This document shows positions 50,646 to 63,855 of a stretch of DNA of 64,000 bases, in pieces. The translations under genes were made by a program, and so were the position numbers. Source of the stretch: Carcharhinus amblyrhynchos (taxonomy: Eukaryota); assembly GCA_965287045.1 (NCBI GenBank), contig OZ336886.1, forward strand, positions 37,138,001-37,202,000. The letters are read 5' to 3'. Each line of letters starts with the position of its first letter. The stretch's first letter is position 1. The notes under the pieces are model-generated. The model did not search any database. It was not told the origin of the DNA and saw only the letters and a program-made list of their open reading frames with translations.

Positions 50646-51572
50646 TACTTGTCTAAGCAGGAAGTTCTGGTGACTGTCAACTTATAGTCCCTACAGAGAC
50701 AGATCAAGTTGTTGAGTTTCAAGACCAGAATTACTAGTATGACCCATGCAATGAATTTTACTGGGCGTATAATGCTATCCACCACTACAAGGCTTGGCCC
50801 TGGCCCTTGCACTACTATTAGAGGGAGTCAGACTGTCTGTTGCCCGTGTATAACTGGGGTTACGGTGGTCCTAATAATGCATTAGAGACCCTCCCCCCTT
50901 TATGTGACAAGGAAATGCGATTGGATGAGGTCATGAAATTCCGAAACTGGACAGGAAGTTTCTCCGTAACATAATGAGGAGCAAGCTGTACTTGCAGTGA
51001 TAGAGTATGCCCCAGTGAAGGCTATGGAAACAAGCAAAATGCATATGGATCAGGCCAAAGGGCAAAGCCACCTCAAGACAGGGCTTTATAAATAAATCAG
51101 TCCGAGGATGAGGAATTGATGCAACTAAATTGCGTCAAAATGGCCCCAATCCAAATGCAATTCAGGGTAAGTGGCCACCCCCTTGACATGGAGATAGACA
51201 CAGGTGCCACAGTATCTATCATTGGGGAGTACACCTTCAGATGACTCTGGGCATCTTGCTCTTCAGCCTGCAAAACCACAAGGCTAGATTGGTCACATAA
51301 AGGCAGGGGTGGGGGTGCGGGGGCGCGGGTCTCTTATGCATTATTAGGACCACCGTAATCCCAGTTATACACGGGCAACAGACAGTCTGACTCCCTCTAA
51401 TAGTAGTGCAAGGACCAGGGCCCAGCCTTGTAGTGGTGGATAGCATTATACACCCAGTAAAATTCATTGCATGGGTCATACTAGTAATTCTGGTCTTGAA
51501 ACTCAACAACTTGGTCTGTCTCTATAGGGACTATAAGTTGACAGTCACTGGAACTTCCTGCTTAGACAAGTA
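50646..51572. repeat. Long near-perfect inverted repeat (arms ~50646-50909 and ~51291-51572)
   Basis: The two arms encode near-identical peptides on opposite strands (ORFs 50627..50812 - and 51406..51600 +). Confidence 0.95.
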
Positions 51573-53977
51573 CCCTATACCATGCATCGAAAACTTGTAA
51601 ACAGAGCTGGCTGGGGATCATATAATTTTCAAATTGTATATGAGCCATGCCTACTTCAACTGGAGCTTGAGGTTTCAGCCAGAAATTATGTCACTGTGAA
51701 TACTGACAAAGGACTGTAAAAATACACCAGCTTGCCTTTTGGGGTGTCTTTGGCTTATGCCATTTTTCAAAGGGTGTTGGAGAACATCCTTCAAGGAGTG
51801 CCCAAAGTTGCAGTCTACCTGGGTGATGTTTTAATCTCAGGAGCTACAGTAGATTAACATTTGGAGAGTTTGAAAGAGTTTGAAGGTGTTTATCTAGGCT
51901 GGTGTCAGGCTAAAAAGGGAAAAGTCTATGTTCCAGGTAAACAAAATAACGAACCTTGGGTACTGAGTCAACGAGGATGGACTACACCCTGTCGAGGAGA
52001 AGGTGAATGTGATAAAAGAAGCTCCGACTCCATGGGACACAACTGAGTTGAAGTATTTCCAAGGACTCATCAACTATGACAAGAAATTAATAACAGGCCT
52101 GGTGACCCTACCAGCACCCCTCCATATTCTGCTAAAAAAAAATCAATCAACAATTTACAGCAATTGTTGTAAATTGGCTCATTACGATCCACTGAGACCA
52201 CTCACCTTAACCTTCATTGTCTCCCACTATGGGATAGGAGGAGTATTGTTGCACTTTTGGGATGATGGGACAGAGTGTCCAATCACGTATACTTCATGAC
52301 CCCTGGCTGATACAGAAAGGAGGTACTCCCAAATTGAGAAAGAAATTTTGGCCATGGTATTTGTGGTTTAAAAAAGAGTTCCACCAATACATCTGTGATC
52401 AGCGTATCACTCTAGTGATGGACCACAAATATCTGTTGGCCTCCTTGCAGAAAGCAAGGTGATTACCCCCCCATAGCATCAGTTCAGATACAATGCTAGG
52501 CGCTGCTGTTAGGTGATTATGAATACACCATAGAACTTTGTTCAGGGAGACAGATTGCTAATATGGATGCCTTGAGCCACCTACCACTGCCCACCAATCT
52601 ACCTACCTCCCAAAGATTGATGAAGCCGTCATGGTGTTGAACTTCATGGACCCGCTGCCAGAATCCTCCAAGCAAATTCACGCTTGGACCCAAAAGCACC
52701 CCACATTGGCAAAACTACATCATGTCATCGGAAGTGGTGGACCACAAGGATGTCGTACAGAGGATCTGAAACCTTATGCTTAAAATATCCAGAGCTGAGC
52801 ATTGAGGATGGTATCATCTTGTGGACAACTCGGATGATTGTCCTGTGACCAGGCCAGAGACCAAAATTGCACAAATTGCATAATAGCTGCCCAGGGATTT
52901 CTAAACTGAAAATGTTTGCAAGAAGCTACTCAGATGGCCTGGTGCAGACAAGGACAGTGAAAACCTAATCATGCAATGCAAAACCTGCCAAGAAAACCAG
53001 AAGGTGCCACCTGCAATCTTGTTGCACACTAGGGAATAGCTGGTAGACCCTGGGTGCAAGTACACACAGACTTCACAGGGCTATTTATGGGTTCTATGTT
53101 CTTAATTCTGATTGATGCCCATTGAAAATGGATTAATGTGCACCGGATGGCCTCTACTACCTCTTAAACATCATAGAAAAATTTGGGCAATATTTCTGCA
53201 CATGTACCCAAGGTCCTCTTAACAGACAATGGGACCCTATTTATCAGTGGGAAGTTTCAAAGCTTTGTGTACACAAATTGAGTGAGGCACATTCACGCAG
53301 CACCCTATCACCTGTCTTCAAGCAGTCTGGCTGAGTGAGCAGTTCAAAAACAATATGAAAAAAAAATGATGGGCTCTTTGGAAATGAAACTGGCACATTT
53401 CTTTTTCAGTTACAGGACAACACCGGACATGATAACGGGAATCGCGAAGTTATTGATTGTATATATATATATTTGTATTATATTATGACACCCAAAAAAA
53501 GGCCATGTAAGCGTGACGTGACTTTAAAACTGGGAGACACTGTCCACTCATGGAATTTCAGAGACATTTCCTATGGATCACAGGAGTTTCCTCTCAAAAG
53601 CAAGACCAGTGCAATACATGGTAAAAACTGGGGAGAAGACTATAAAAAACATGCCGATCACCTCTGCTATCGGGCAACTGCTGCACTGGACGTGGCACTT
53701 TATATACCAGCCTGCAGATGGGAAATTTCACCCACAGTGCAAGAGAGGTCTATGAGGACTGAGTCTCTCAAATGGAGATGGAGGCAGCAGAGCCGCAGTG
53801 AGAGATCAGCGTTGAGAATGACCGCTCTATAGTGACCCTTCAACGTTCCACAAGTGAGAGAAGTTCTTCTGCCCCCGACCTGTGCAACCAACAGAAATTA
53901 AGCCAGGGGCCAAACAACAATAACGGCCCCATTGCCGTAAGAACAAGCGGGAACCCTTTAACTCAAAGGGGAAGGAG

Positions 53978-54186
53978 TATGATAACCCTCATGAGTTCCA
54001 TGTGGAGCTCATTGAATATGAGTTCCCTTGATGACTGACAATTGCCTGCCTAGGTGGAACTCATCACCTGATCCCTTTGTATGACAAACACCAGGAAAGA
54101 TCTGCAGAACTATTGTCCCTGTAAAAAGTGCCTTTATTTTGTGTTAAATACTGTTTCTTTTCATTTGGGCTTCCTGAGTTATTACG
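53978..54186 (+). repeat. 3' LTR of the Gypsy element
   Basis: TATGATAACCC...GGGCTTCCTGAGTTATTACG, directly after the PPT. Confidence 0.88.
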
Positions 54187-54994
54187 TCCACAAACTAGTA
54201 TTTCTTTCAGCTCCAGTATTGGAAATTTCCATAGTTAATTTATGAAGTTATGATCTCTGTATTTTTAGTCCAGTACAAGGCCAGACTAAATTTGTACACC
54301 ACAGATAGCTCTCCTTTCTCCAGAAGTGAATTTTGGGTTGTCTGCCCCTCTTGAAATATGTTATTTTGTTGAAGAGATCTGAAATTCTTACTATTTTCAA
54401 TAATCATTTGTGATAATTGAAGGCAACACAACAGGGTAATTAGAAGTTGACTGAAGATCAAAAAGCATAACCCATGCTGTGAAATATCTTTCTCTGCCAG
54501 ACCTATCAATGATGCAAAACTACAAACTATCTAATAATCAGAGAAATTCCTGGTGCAGAGTTTCGCTGTTGTGTACTTCATGAAGTCCAACCGCAACAAA
54601 TCCTTCCTTAAGTTACCGTATCATTAGGAAATTTTCTTCACACAAATTATTACCCTCTTGCCTGACTGTACAGAATTTGATTTGCGGATCTGACCAATTG
54701 TAGCATGAAAGGCTAACTCACTTTATCAATTACATGCTCCCTAATTAATTGGACACTGCATCAATATATTTAGCAGCGTGAACTTATTTAAATGAGGAGT
54801 TGCCTTAATTTTAAAAACTGCTTCTCCAAGCATCTCCTCAAAATGGTCCAACTCCAGTAAGGGAAATAAATCCTGCCAGTTTGCTTGTACAATACAAAGG
54901 ACGATTGAGCAAAATGCTTTCTTGTCAAGTCGTATTCTCTTTCAGAACATGTTGTAATGTTAATAGATCCTAACCATGGTGCTTGGAAATGAAA

Positions 54995-55125
54995 ACTGAG
55001 CTCTGACAAAGAGTCATCCAGACTCAAAACGTTATCTCTGTTCTCTTTTCAGAGATGCTGTCAGACCTGAGACTTTCCAGCATTTTTTGTTCAAGGTTCC
55101 AGCATTCACAATAATTTGCTTTTAA
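54995..55125 (+). mobile_element. Penelope pLTR fragment with mutated hammerhead (similar pieces at 56245-56365 + and 22590-22740 -)
   Basis: ctgacaaa-gagtc-atcca-gactc-aaaacgtt followed by agatgctgtcagacctg..tttccagcatt. Confidence 0.7.
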
Positions 55126-56479
55126 TTGGGTGATATTTAAAGGATAGGCAGCACTATGTTATTCCTGAGCTTATCAAGACCTACTATTTGAGGACACAAT
55201 TTAGCTGGATATTCCATTGCAGTACTGAAGAAATGGTGTCTTGTCAGATATGTGATACTATAGATAAAATCATGTGGCACAAAAGGAGGCCCTTTGGTCC
55301 ATTGTGCTTTTGCTGACACTTTGAAAGTCAAGAAAAAGATGAGACTTCAAACTGAGACTCTGGTTACCTGTTCAGACTGATGTTCAAAATGTCACTTTTT
55401 CCTTTTGTCCTGATTAACATTCTTCACTCAATCATTATCAGGTGTAACACTAATTTTCTTGATACTTGTTGCAAATTTTAAAAGAGTTTGATGACATTTA
55501 GAGAGATCTTGTCCACATAAGCAGATGGGCTACAATAGATTTCAGCATTGTATAAATCTAAGTAAGTACGCACAGAAACATGAAACATATTCATATTGAA
55601 CTAGTATCCACTAGCCAAGGTAGAAAGGTCTTTGGATTCTTAACCATCCACTAATCAAAAACTGGTATTTCTAGGAAATTTACGAAATTGCAAAACGACT
55701 TTAAATCAGGTACAAGTAATTGGTGAATATGCACTTTTGGAAAATGCCTTTGAACAGATGTTGGTTCATTGAAAGGTTCATCAGAGAAGTAACAATAATG
55801 CGTGTAAGTAATTTAGCATGGATTGTAAATTCAGAAATGGAGGACTTCAGTACAATGAGCAAGGCTGAAGTACAAATACATATTAGAAATCATATTTTTC
55901 CCAAGCGGTAATGATTGAATGGAACAGACTGTCAGCAAAGTAGATTTATACTGTTTTGATTAATTCTGCTACAAAGAAACTGGGTAAACAGCTAATGAGG
56001 AACATGTTTCACATGAGAAAATTGAGACAATTTACTGATGACCCAAATTTCTTGGAATGCAATGCTTTCATTGAGATGCCATCCATTGAATGCAAATAAT
56101 ATTAAATATTGAGATACTCAAAGTAATTATTATGATCCCTCTAGAAGCCAATAGGTTTTTAAAAGAAATTTGAATTCTCAGTGACCAACTTAGAGGATGA
56201 CAGGATTTCAATGTATAGAGGTTATTATACAACAAACTATCACTACCAAAGGACTCGAAATGTTAACTCGGTTTCTTTCCCAGTAAGTGCTGACAGAGCT
56301 GCTGAGTTTTTCTGGTGTCCTCTGTTCTGACCTCAGATGTCAGCATTGGCAGCATTTTACTTATTTAAATTAAAAATAACATTGACTAAACATTATTCCA
56401 TAGGCAATTTATACTCTCAAACTGCAAAAGAAATTTCCTTGTTCATGCTTTAATATGACAAAAAAAACCTTCTTTCACT

Positions 56480-57230
56480 GTTCTACTTTATGCTGCCATC
56501 TAAGTGGACACTATTCTCCTGGTAAGAAGCCAACATGGCTTTTAGTTTCCAAGAACTTGCTGCATTTATTTCCTTCCTCCACCTGGATCACTTCTATTCC
56601 CCAAATTGTCTTTGTCAGTGACGGTGACTTTGGAGACTCCTCCCTCTAACCAAAGCTGAGCAAGTCTTCCAGTGCCATTTAAATCCTCACAAACTTGATC
56701 TCTTCATTCAGAACAGATATGGTGAGCCATTGAGACCTATTGCCTTTTATCTATCGGCACTCTCTCTTGTTCCCCTCTTCGATTCTGATAAACAATCTGA
56801 GGTTCAGTGATATTTTTCAAAAACATCCTGAAGCCAATTCTAGAATGACAAAGTCCATCTCCATGGTAAAATTAACCAGATGGGCTCTGTATACAGATAG
56901 AAATGCGAATTAGCTATCCATCAGGCTTCATTCTAATGTGAAGCTAAGTAGATAAAGTATAATAATTTTGAAAACGTAACATTCAAAATATATTCCTGGG
57001 ACTTTGGAAACTAACAGTCCATCCAGGGTCTGCTGATGCTTTCATCATTGTTCACAGATGTCTTCCCAGCAAAGCAACCTCTTTAACAACCAGGCCAGTT
57101 GGGCTTGCTGTCAGAATTCAGAACAGATCGCATAATTCCCCCCTCAACTCTCCAGTTTGCTCTGATGGAAAGTCCCAGCCCAAAACACACTAATCTTACC
57201 AACCCTCACGTTTGTAACAGTAACAGGAGG
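56480..57230 (-). mobile_element. Harbinger (HARBI1-like) transposase relic
   Basis: Remnants ELCDLF, IGF, VYQNRRG, TDKD and INAA..VGFL..LDGS, in HARBI1 order. Confidence 0.4.
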
Positions 57231-58849
57231 TTTGTAAAATAATTCAAGGATACTGATGACCATTAACTTCAAAACTGCTAACTAATTGAAGTGAAAATAA
57301 AATATAAATAACTAAATCCACTGAATTGTCATTTATACCCTTTCATTACTGCCTCAAACAAATCTCTGGAATACAGCACCAACATTGAGAAATTCTATTA
57401 CTTTCATGATAAGCAGCCATAAATCATTTAGCTTCCATATTTGTAATTTATTTGTTCTCTCATAGTTAAAAGAAATCCCATCGTGCAACAGTACAGGAAT
57501 GATATCTTGTATTTATTACTTTAAAACTAGCAATGACAACTGTCAAAACACCAGGGTCACTCGAGTTCCCTCTATTGTTGACATGGAAAATTGATAGGCC
57601 CAAATGGGTGATGAGTGGAATCATTTCTCAGCTCAGTTACTTGATAAGATGCCTCATTGAGAGAGTTTATATCTCAGGTTTGAAAGAGCAAAATGCTTTT
57701 TGTCTGATTCATTTCACATCAGGAGTGCTGAACTTGAAATCATTGGTGCAGCATTGCTATCAGCAGTTGTTCAAATGTTCCATATCCTATTCAGCTGGGG
57801 AAAGGAGGGATAGATGCAATACCCTCACAAATGAGAGGAAATGGGAGGAGGGGTGAAACAGCCATTCATAAGATATGCAACTTTTGAAAATTGAATTCTG
57901 TAAATATTTCTCTTAATGACATTTTTAAAAAATTGTTGCATATTTAGATGATGTTGATGACTGAACAGGATATGAAGCATGAGCCTGAATATCTGTTCAT
58001 CCATGACCCTCTTAAGGCTCTTAAGAGACTAATCAATGACCAATTGCATTTATTTTCCTGCTGCCGCTGGCATTTTACCCTCTGTGTCCAAGCTGCCCAG
58101 GAAAAGCTGGCAATCCTTGTGTCAGTCTGTTCCCATTGAAAATTCCAGCCCCATTATCAATCGCGACACCACCCCCGCATTGCAATTATCTTCGTCTGGG
58201 CTCCATGGTTCCTTTTCTGCTCCTGGCGGCATGGCTGCGACAAGAGAGCTACTGATATTTGATAGTTTGGCAATTTTTGGAGGCATGACTTCCTTTCTGC
58301 CAGGCATGGAACGCCTGAGTCTACCCAATTAAAGGACTAATGGCCATTAAATGGCTGTAGAGTGAGTTAGCTAAGTCCATGATTCGAATGTTAGAATGTT
58401 AACAAGTTTTATGCCTTTAAGGTGACTATTCATTATATAAACCCAAATATTTTTGCTACTTGAGACAGGTCAGTCAGAGGTTAGGTATATCTACAGGTAA
58501 ATTTCAGGATTCAGGTTAATAATTGGGTTTCCTTTTTTTCAGATTTGCTTTGTATTTGTAACACAGTGTGATATCTGGTGTTTAATGATGCATTCCATAC
58601 ACAAATCTTTTATGAGCAATAAAATCCTTAAAGGGACTATAACACTTTTTTTAAAAATGTAGCCTTTTGAGATCGTTGTGGTTGATTGTTGTTCTCCAAT
58701 TTTAGAGAAAATGGAGAGAATGTTAATAGAAAATTTGTTGCATATTATCTTCATGTCTTCAGAAAACTAATCATAAATGAAACATTTACAAGAGTTTAAC
58801 AGAAACAGGATTATCCTTAAATAAGTGGCAACACGGTAAATGGTTCCTA

Positions 58850-59520
58850 AAATATGAAGCTTCGACATCTCAGTCAACAATGGAGCATCTACTGAGTGCT
58901 ATTTTGCTGTTCAAGTTAATGCTAATAATGCTGGATGCTTTTAAAATTCCTGGAAGGAGATCTACTTCCTGTGTGCTCACAATTACTTCACCAATGATAC
59001 GGCTGGCAAGGACAATTGCAATTTCCTCTGCAGGCCCCATGTCTGAATGGAAGTGTTGCTGAGTTGTGGCATTTGCCACAAGGACACCTGCATCTAGGAA
59101 TAGCAATCAAGGTGGTCAATTCTAATGCTTTCAACTTATGTTAGGCTATCATATCCGCACCAGTCAACTTACATTTGGCAGATGTATCAACTGTTGACTG
59201 ATGCTTTGTCCTACAGGAGTAACACTTGTATCTCCTTTCCATTAGGTTTACCACTGATGCACTGTGGAGTTTTGATTACATGATATTTAATCATATGACA
59301 TTTGATCTTGTGGGTACTCAACTGCTGCAGTTTGCACACATTATTACACATAACTTATAACAGTTGGGTCACATGTATCGGAGCATCTTTGCTCACCGTG
59401 TCTTTTCTTATACCAATGCATTGGTTAGCATTGCTGCTGTCAAGATAACCAACCTCAATGCAATTTCACAATGGAATAAATGACTGAAGTCAAAGATAAA
59501 CAGCAGCTTTGAGAGGCGGA
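58850..59520 (-). mobile_element. Possible Harbinger Myb/SANT accessory-gene relic (similar relic at ~26600-26890 -)
   Basis: Remnants CEIALRL, NQCI..K|gtgag intron, KLTGA (cf. KTGGG) and GPAEEIA. Confidence 0.3.
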
Positions 59521-59721
59521 CAAGATGTTACAAAGTTAGTCTCTGTTACAGTGACCGTGAAAATGTTGATTGTTGTGAAAATGCAACTCATTCATTAATG
59601 ACCTTTAGGTTGGAAATCTATCATTCCTTAACTGGTCTGGCCTGCATGTGACTCCAGACTCACAGCAATGTGGTTGATTCTTAACTTCCTGCAGAAATGG
59701 TCTCGTTAGCTTCCTAATTCA

Positions 59722-60000
59722 AGGACAGCATGATGGCACCATGCTGTTGCCTCACAGCACCAGGGTTCTAGGTTCAATTCCGGTTTTGGGTGAATGTCTG
59801 TGTGAAGTTTGCACGTTCTCCCCCATCTGCATGGGTTTCCTCCCACAGTCCAAAGATGTGCAGGTTAGGTTGATTGGCCCCTCTGTGTCAGGGTTAGCAG
59901 TGTAAATATTTGGGTTATGGGGTAAGGGCCTTGGTGGCATTGTTGCTGGTGCAGTTCAGTGAGCCGAATGACCTCAATCTGCACAGTAGGGATTCTATGA
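59722..60000 (+). mobile_element. HE1-type V-SINE nested in an older tRNA-headed SINE (59560-60060)
   Basis: gcctcacagcaccaggg..ggttcaattccgg..tttcctcccacagtccaaagatgtgcaggttagg..ctgcacagtagggattcta. The host element resumes at aatgggcaacaaatgctg. Confidence 0.85.
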
Positions 60001-61099
60001 ATTAAGAATGGGCAACAAATGCTGACCTTTCCTGTGATGTCCACATCCTGTGAAAAATTAATTGAAAATTGCGGCCACAGAGGCACAAACCTCTGCCAGC
60101 CATACTACTTTGTCAATTAATTACCAATCCCAGGAAACTCTGTTGCCACCTAAATTGTTTAAAAAATAAAGAAGATTAATCTATTTTATTAATTCTTTTC
60201 ATACAGTTTTTGAAAAAACATTTGATATTCCCCAAATAAAGATAATGGAGTGAATTTGCATAAGACACATTGATGCTTTTTCCCAAATCCAGGCATTCCC
60301 AACACAGGTCATTGTAATTCTGTCTCTCTCTTTAAATGAGGACTCTGTCTCTATTCTCCTGCTTACTGCAGCAGCTTGTCCACCACCACTGTGCAAGTAA
60401 AGGAGACAGAGGCACAAAGGGGCACACACCAAGATTGAGCACAGCTAAGCATGAAGGTGAGAGGGAGCAAAGTATGCAATGAAGCAGAGCACAAGAAACA
60501 ACTTCTGTAATAACTATGTGAGCAGATAGGAAATGGTGCATAGGACTTTAGGACATGTGAGGTTCATGAATTGCATGGTATGGAAAGGGGAAAATGTGTG
60601 TCTCAATTTGTTGCAAAGGCTGGTGTCTGAATATCTCAGGTGCAAATTGTTGGGCAAATACATGCTCATTTTTCATGATCAAATTTACATGACCAGCTTA
60701 AGCAGAATTAACATGCTTACCTTTAAGTGACTGCTTCCTTTTATTGAGCTTCTGCAGTTTCATATGTTGCAGCAATAAAATGTGAAATTCCAACCCCTCA
60801 TTGTTTAACTGTGCAATTCTGGAAGGAAACACACATTTAATATTCTAAATACTATGCTCCACAAAGTTAGCATGTGATTGGCTATGCTCAGTTCAGGTAA
60901 TTGGAAAGCTTATGCTTCCTCACTTCTACAATCTCTGCGTCAACTTCACAAATTAAGTCTTTGGGAAAAGCATTGAGCGATTTCCCCACAGACCATGAAG
61001 TAGTGCTTTTTTTATTGACTCGTGGAAAATAAATAAGCATTGCTTTTTTTCACAACTGCAAACTGATAAATAAATAGACTTGATTCCCTTGTGCATTAG

Positions 61100-61460
61100 A
61101 ATGGCATTGAGGGGCTTGAGAAAAATTGAAGTTCATGGAATCGGGGAAAAATATCCATTTCCCGGAGTCGTGCCGAGTACAAAAGAAGATGGGGCCTGTT
61201 ATTTGTGTCCTATCATCTCAGCCTCAGAACATTGTTTTAGGCATTCCATAAGGTAGTGAGTGACAGGGCCCAGCCATCTTCAATTGCTTCACCAATGACA
61301 TTCCTTCCAACATGAGGTCAGAAGTAAGGCTGTTTGCTGATGATTGCATGTTTTTCAGTACCGTTCACAGCCTCTCAGATTTTGAGCAGTATATGTCCAC
61401 ATGCAGCAACCCCTGATGAACAGGTAGACATGGCTGATCAGTGGCAAGTAACTGTTAAGC
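61100..61460 (+). mobile_element. CR1-group RT fragment
   Basis: GIP*GS..GPAIFNCFTNDIPSNMRSEVRLFADDC..WADQWQV. Confidence 0.75.
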
Positions 61461-62378
61461 CACAGTCCTTCCAGAAGTTAATTAATAAACTAAAGTTGCA
61501 TGAGTGGTGATAGTTATATTTAGTTTTATAATGTTCCTGTGAAACACCTTGGGCCTTTCATTATACTGAAAGCACTATACAAATATAAGTTGCTGTTTTT
61601 GCTGAGTTCTAATGATGAAATATATAATAAAAAGAAATATTGCTGGTATAACCATTTAGAATATATTGAGTTATAATAAATAATCTTTCCATCAAAGTCC
61701 TTCTCCACTGACCAGTTTTCTCACCTGTCAATGTGTTTAGCCTGTTGTTATACCTGCTTACTGTACTTGTGAGAGATTTGAATAAGTTGTTGGTTGTTTA
61801 TCTTAAGTTTTATGCAAGAATAATACCCACAAGTTCCAGTTTGTTTTGTTGCTTCTAATAGTTGCTCTTCATATTCGTCAAATTCTGTGACAATCTAGAA
61901 TCAAAACACAGAAGTGCATTGGCTGGCACGCAAGAAAGTAAAAGGTTGGGAATTAGATGGGATATTTCCATAGAGAGATATGTAGACCTGGTCCAAAAAT
62001 TTGGAATTTAATACATTGGGCAACACGAAGCCAGTCAAGGTATAGGAGGATTATGAAAACAATTTGACTTAGAAAGTTTTGGCACGTTCTGTGAATGGCC
62101 ACTTCCGTACTCGATCATAAAAAAAGTCACAAGTATTCAACACTGTTAAGTTTTGAGCCATCGTTGTCTTCTAACTATTTGAACCAATCAGGTGTAATTG
62201 TGAAGCATGATACTTGAGGTATGTTGGAGAACTGTGTATATTCATGACGGTTTTTAAATATAGATATAGGTTCACTTTACTACAAATTTTAATAAAATAC
62301 TGGATCATTACTGTGTAAGTTCTGTAGGTTTTGCACAGAAAATATAATCACGTGGTTGCATTGATTACTTCCTTATAG

Positions 62379-62457
62379 CTGTTTCCTATCGTTACTCTTG
62401 GTGGCTGCTGTAGTGTGGAAGATCAAACAAACTTGCTGGGCTTCACGAAGAAGAGAG
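62379..62457 (+). CDS. ATRN: Attractin-family internal exon (second half of the TM helix plus start of the cytoplasmic tail), 79 bp
   Basis: Acceptor ttacttccttatag| and donor |gtaaga. AG+C completes Ser, then CFLSLLLVAAVVWKIKQTCWASRRRE, the conserved ATRN/ATRNL1 TM motif. In phase with exon 11337-11398. Confidence 0.95.
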
Positions 62458-63699
62458 GTAAGAGATAGTAGCGCTACTTATAATCCAGTACAATCCTGCA
62501 TCGATAGATTTATTAGCTTAATGAACCTTCTTTCGTTTAGAGTAAACAATCCTACCTTTGTTACTGTGCAGGAGGGACAATCAGAATGTTGCCAATGTGT
62601 TATTTGTTGGCCCAAATTCAATTTTCAACTGACAGAAAATTGTGTACTTTGTAAAGTAAATAATGTAAATTTCAAAATCAATCAACAGAAGTTTTTGGCT
62701 TTACAGCTAAATCGTAGTTCTGATGTTATCTTTACTCTTAGTGGCAAACTGTAGTTTTGAATTTTTAGCCAAGAATTTTTCCCTGTCCAGTGAACAGACT
62801 TCATCAAGTAGCGGTCTGATATGACTAGGTAACCTGTTGAAATATCCTTTAAGTTGTTGACACGTTTCCATAGATAGACCCTTGATTGTACAGGGAATTT
62901 TTTAACTCTTCAGTTTATTTTATAAATAATGGTCACTTGGAACCATTAGTGTGATATTGTATGTCTGTATTGAACCTGAGTGTAATGCAGTCAATATCTT
63001 GTGCTACGCATCGAGTACACTGTCGTATAGAGAAATATTGTTAGAATTTAACATTGGACAAAATTCAATTGGTGAAGACTCTAATTCAGAATAATAATCT
63101 AAAATTCCTCACTGACAGACAATTTGAATTGCTAAACCTTTGATATATATTTGTATAAATGCAGTAAACGTATTGGCAAATGGAATATGACTTCTGTGCA
63201 AAGTTGGAAAACAACAGATATTTTCATTCAGAGAAAGTTATGCTGTGATATTTTACATTGTGTTCTTAGAATATAATATTGAGAAAAAAAAAACATGTTG
63301 ATCCTTCAACTAAGTTACTTATTGTTTAATAATATATTGGAGAACAGTCTTGGACACCAAATAACTTTGGGCTAGTTATTGGTAGAAACGGCGTTGCACT
63401 ATTCATCTGCAGATGCAATTCATAGATGACAAAGTATGCAATGTATCTTGTACAATCAATATAGATAGTTCACGTGTTCAAGATAATAAAGTAAGAGAAA
63501 AGTTGGAAGTTTGATGCCATAAATCTTATTGAATTATGTCTTGTTGCACTACTTCGGTGAGCACATTTACGTCATGGTGTTTGTTCTAGAGGATTTCAAA
63601 GCAGTTTATCAGTATACACATCAGACACTGACGTACACTTTGCAAGGATCTTTGAAACTCAGTGCCTCTGCATTCTACTATAGAGGACTTCTCGTCCCC

Positions 63700-63855
63700 C
63701 AGCCCCCAAGTTGTTTTAAGTTTATTTATTAGCGTCACAAGTAGGCTTACATTAATACTGCAATTAAGTTATTGTGAAAATTCCCTAGTTGCCTGTTTGG
63801 GTGCCTGTTTGGGTATGCTGAGGGAGAATTTAGTGTGGCCAGTGCACCTAACCAG
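63700..63855 (-). mobile_element. Partial SINE 3' fragment
   Basis: aagtttatttattagcgtcacaagtaggcttacattaatactgc..gggagaatttagtgtggccagtgcacctaacc. Confidence 0.6.

Larger units (their letters stand above)
49725..54186 (+). mobile_element. Decayed full-span Ty3/Gypsy LTR retrotransposon (gag-PR-RT-RH-INT, internally deleted)
   Basis: Two LTRs, PPT aaaggggaaggag (53965-53977) and TSD cccac/tccac. PR MEIDTGATVSII; RT DYKLTV, DKYPIP, LPFGV; RH YSQIEKE; INT VHTDFTG, TDNGTLFISG. Confidence 0.92.

Noticed and set aside
62398-62754. 118-aa ORF as a full protein
   Set aside because: Only 62379-62457 is exonic. The rest is read-through past the gtaaga donor.
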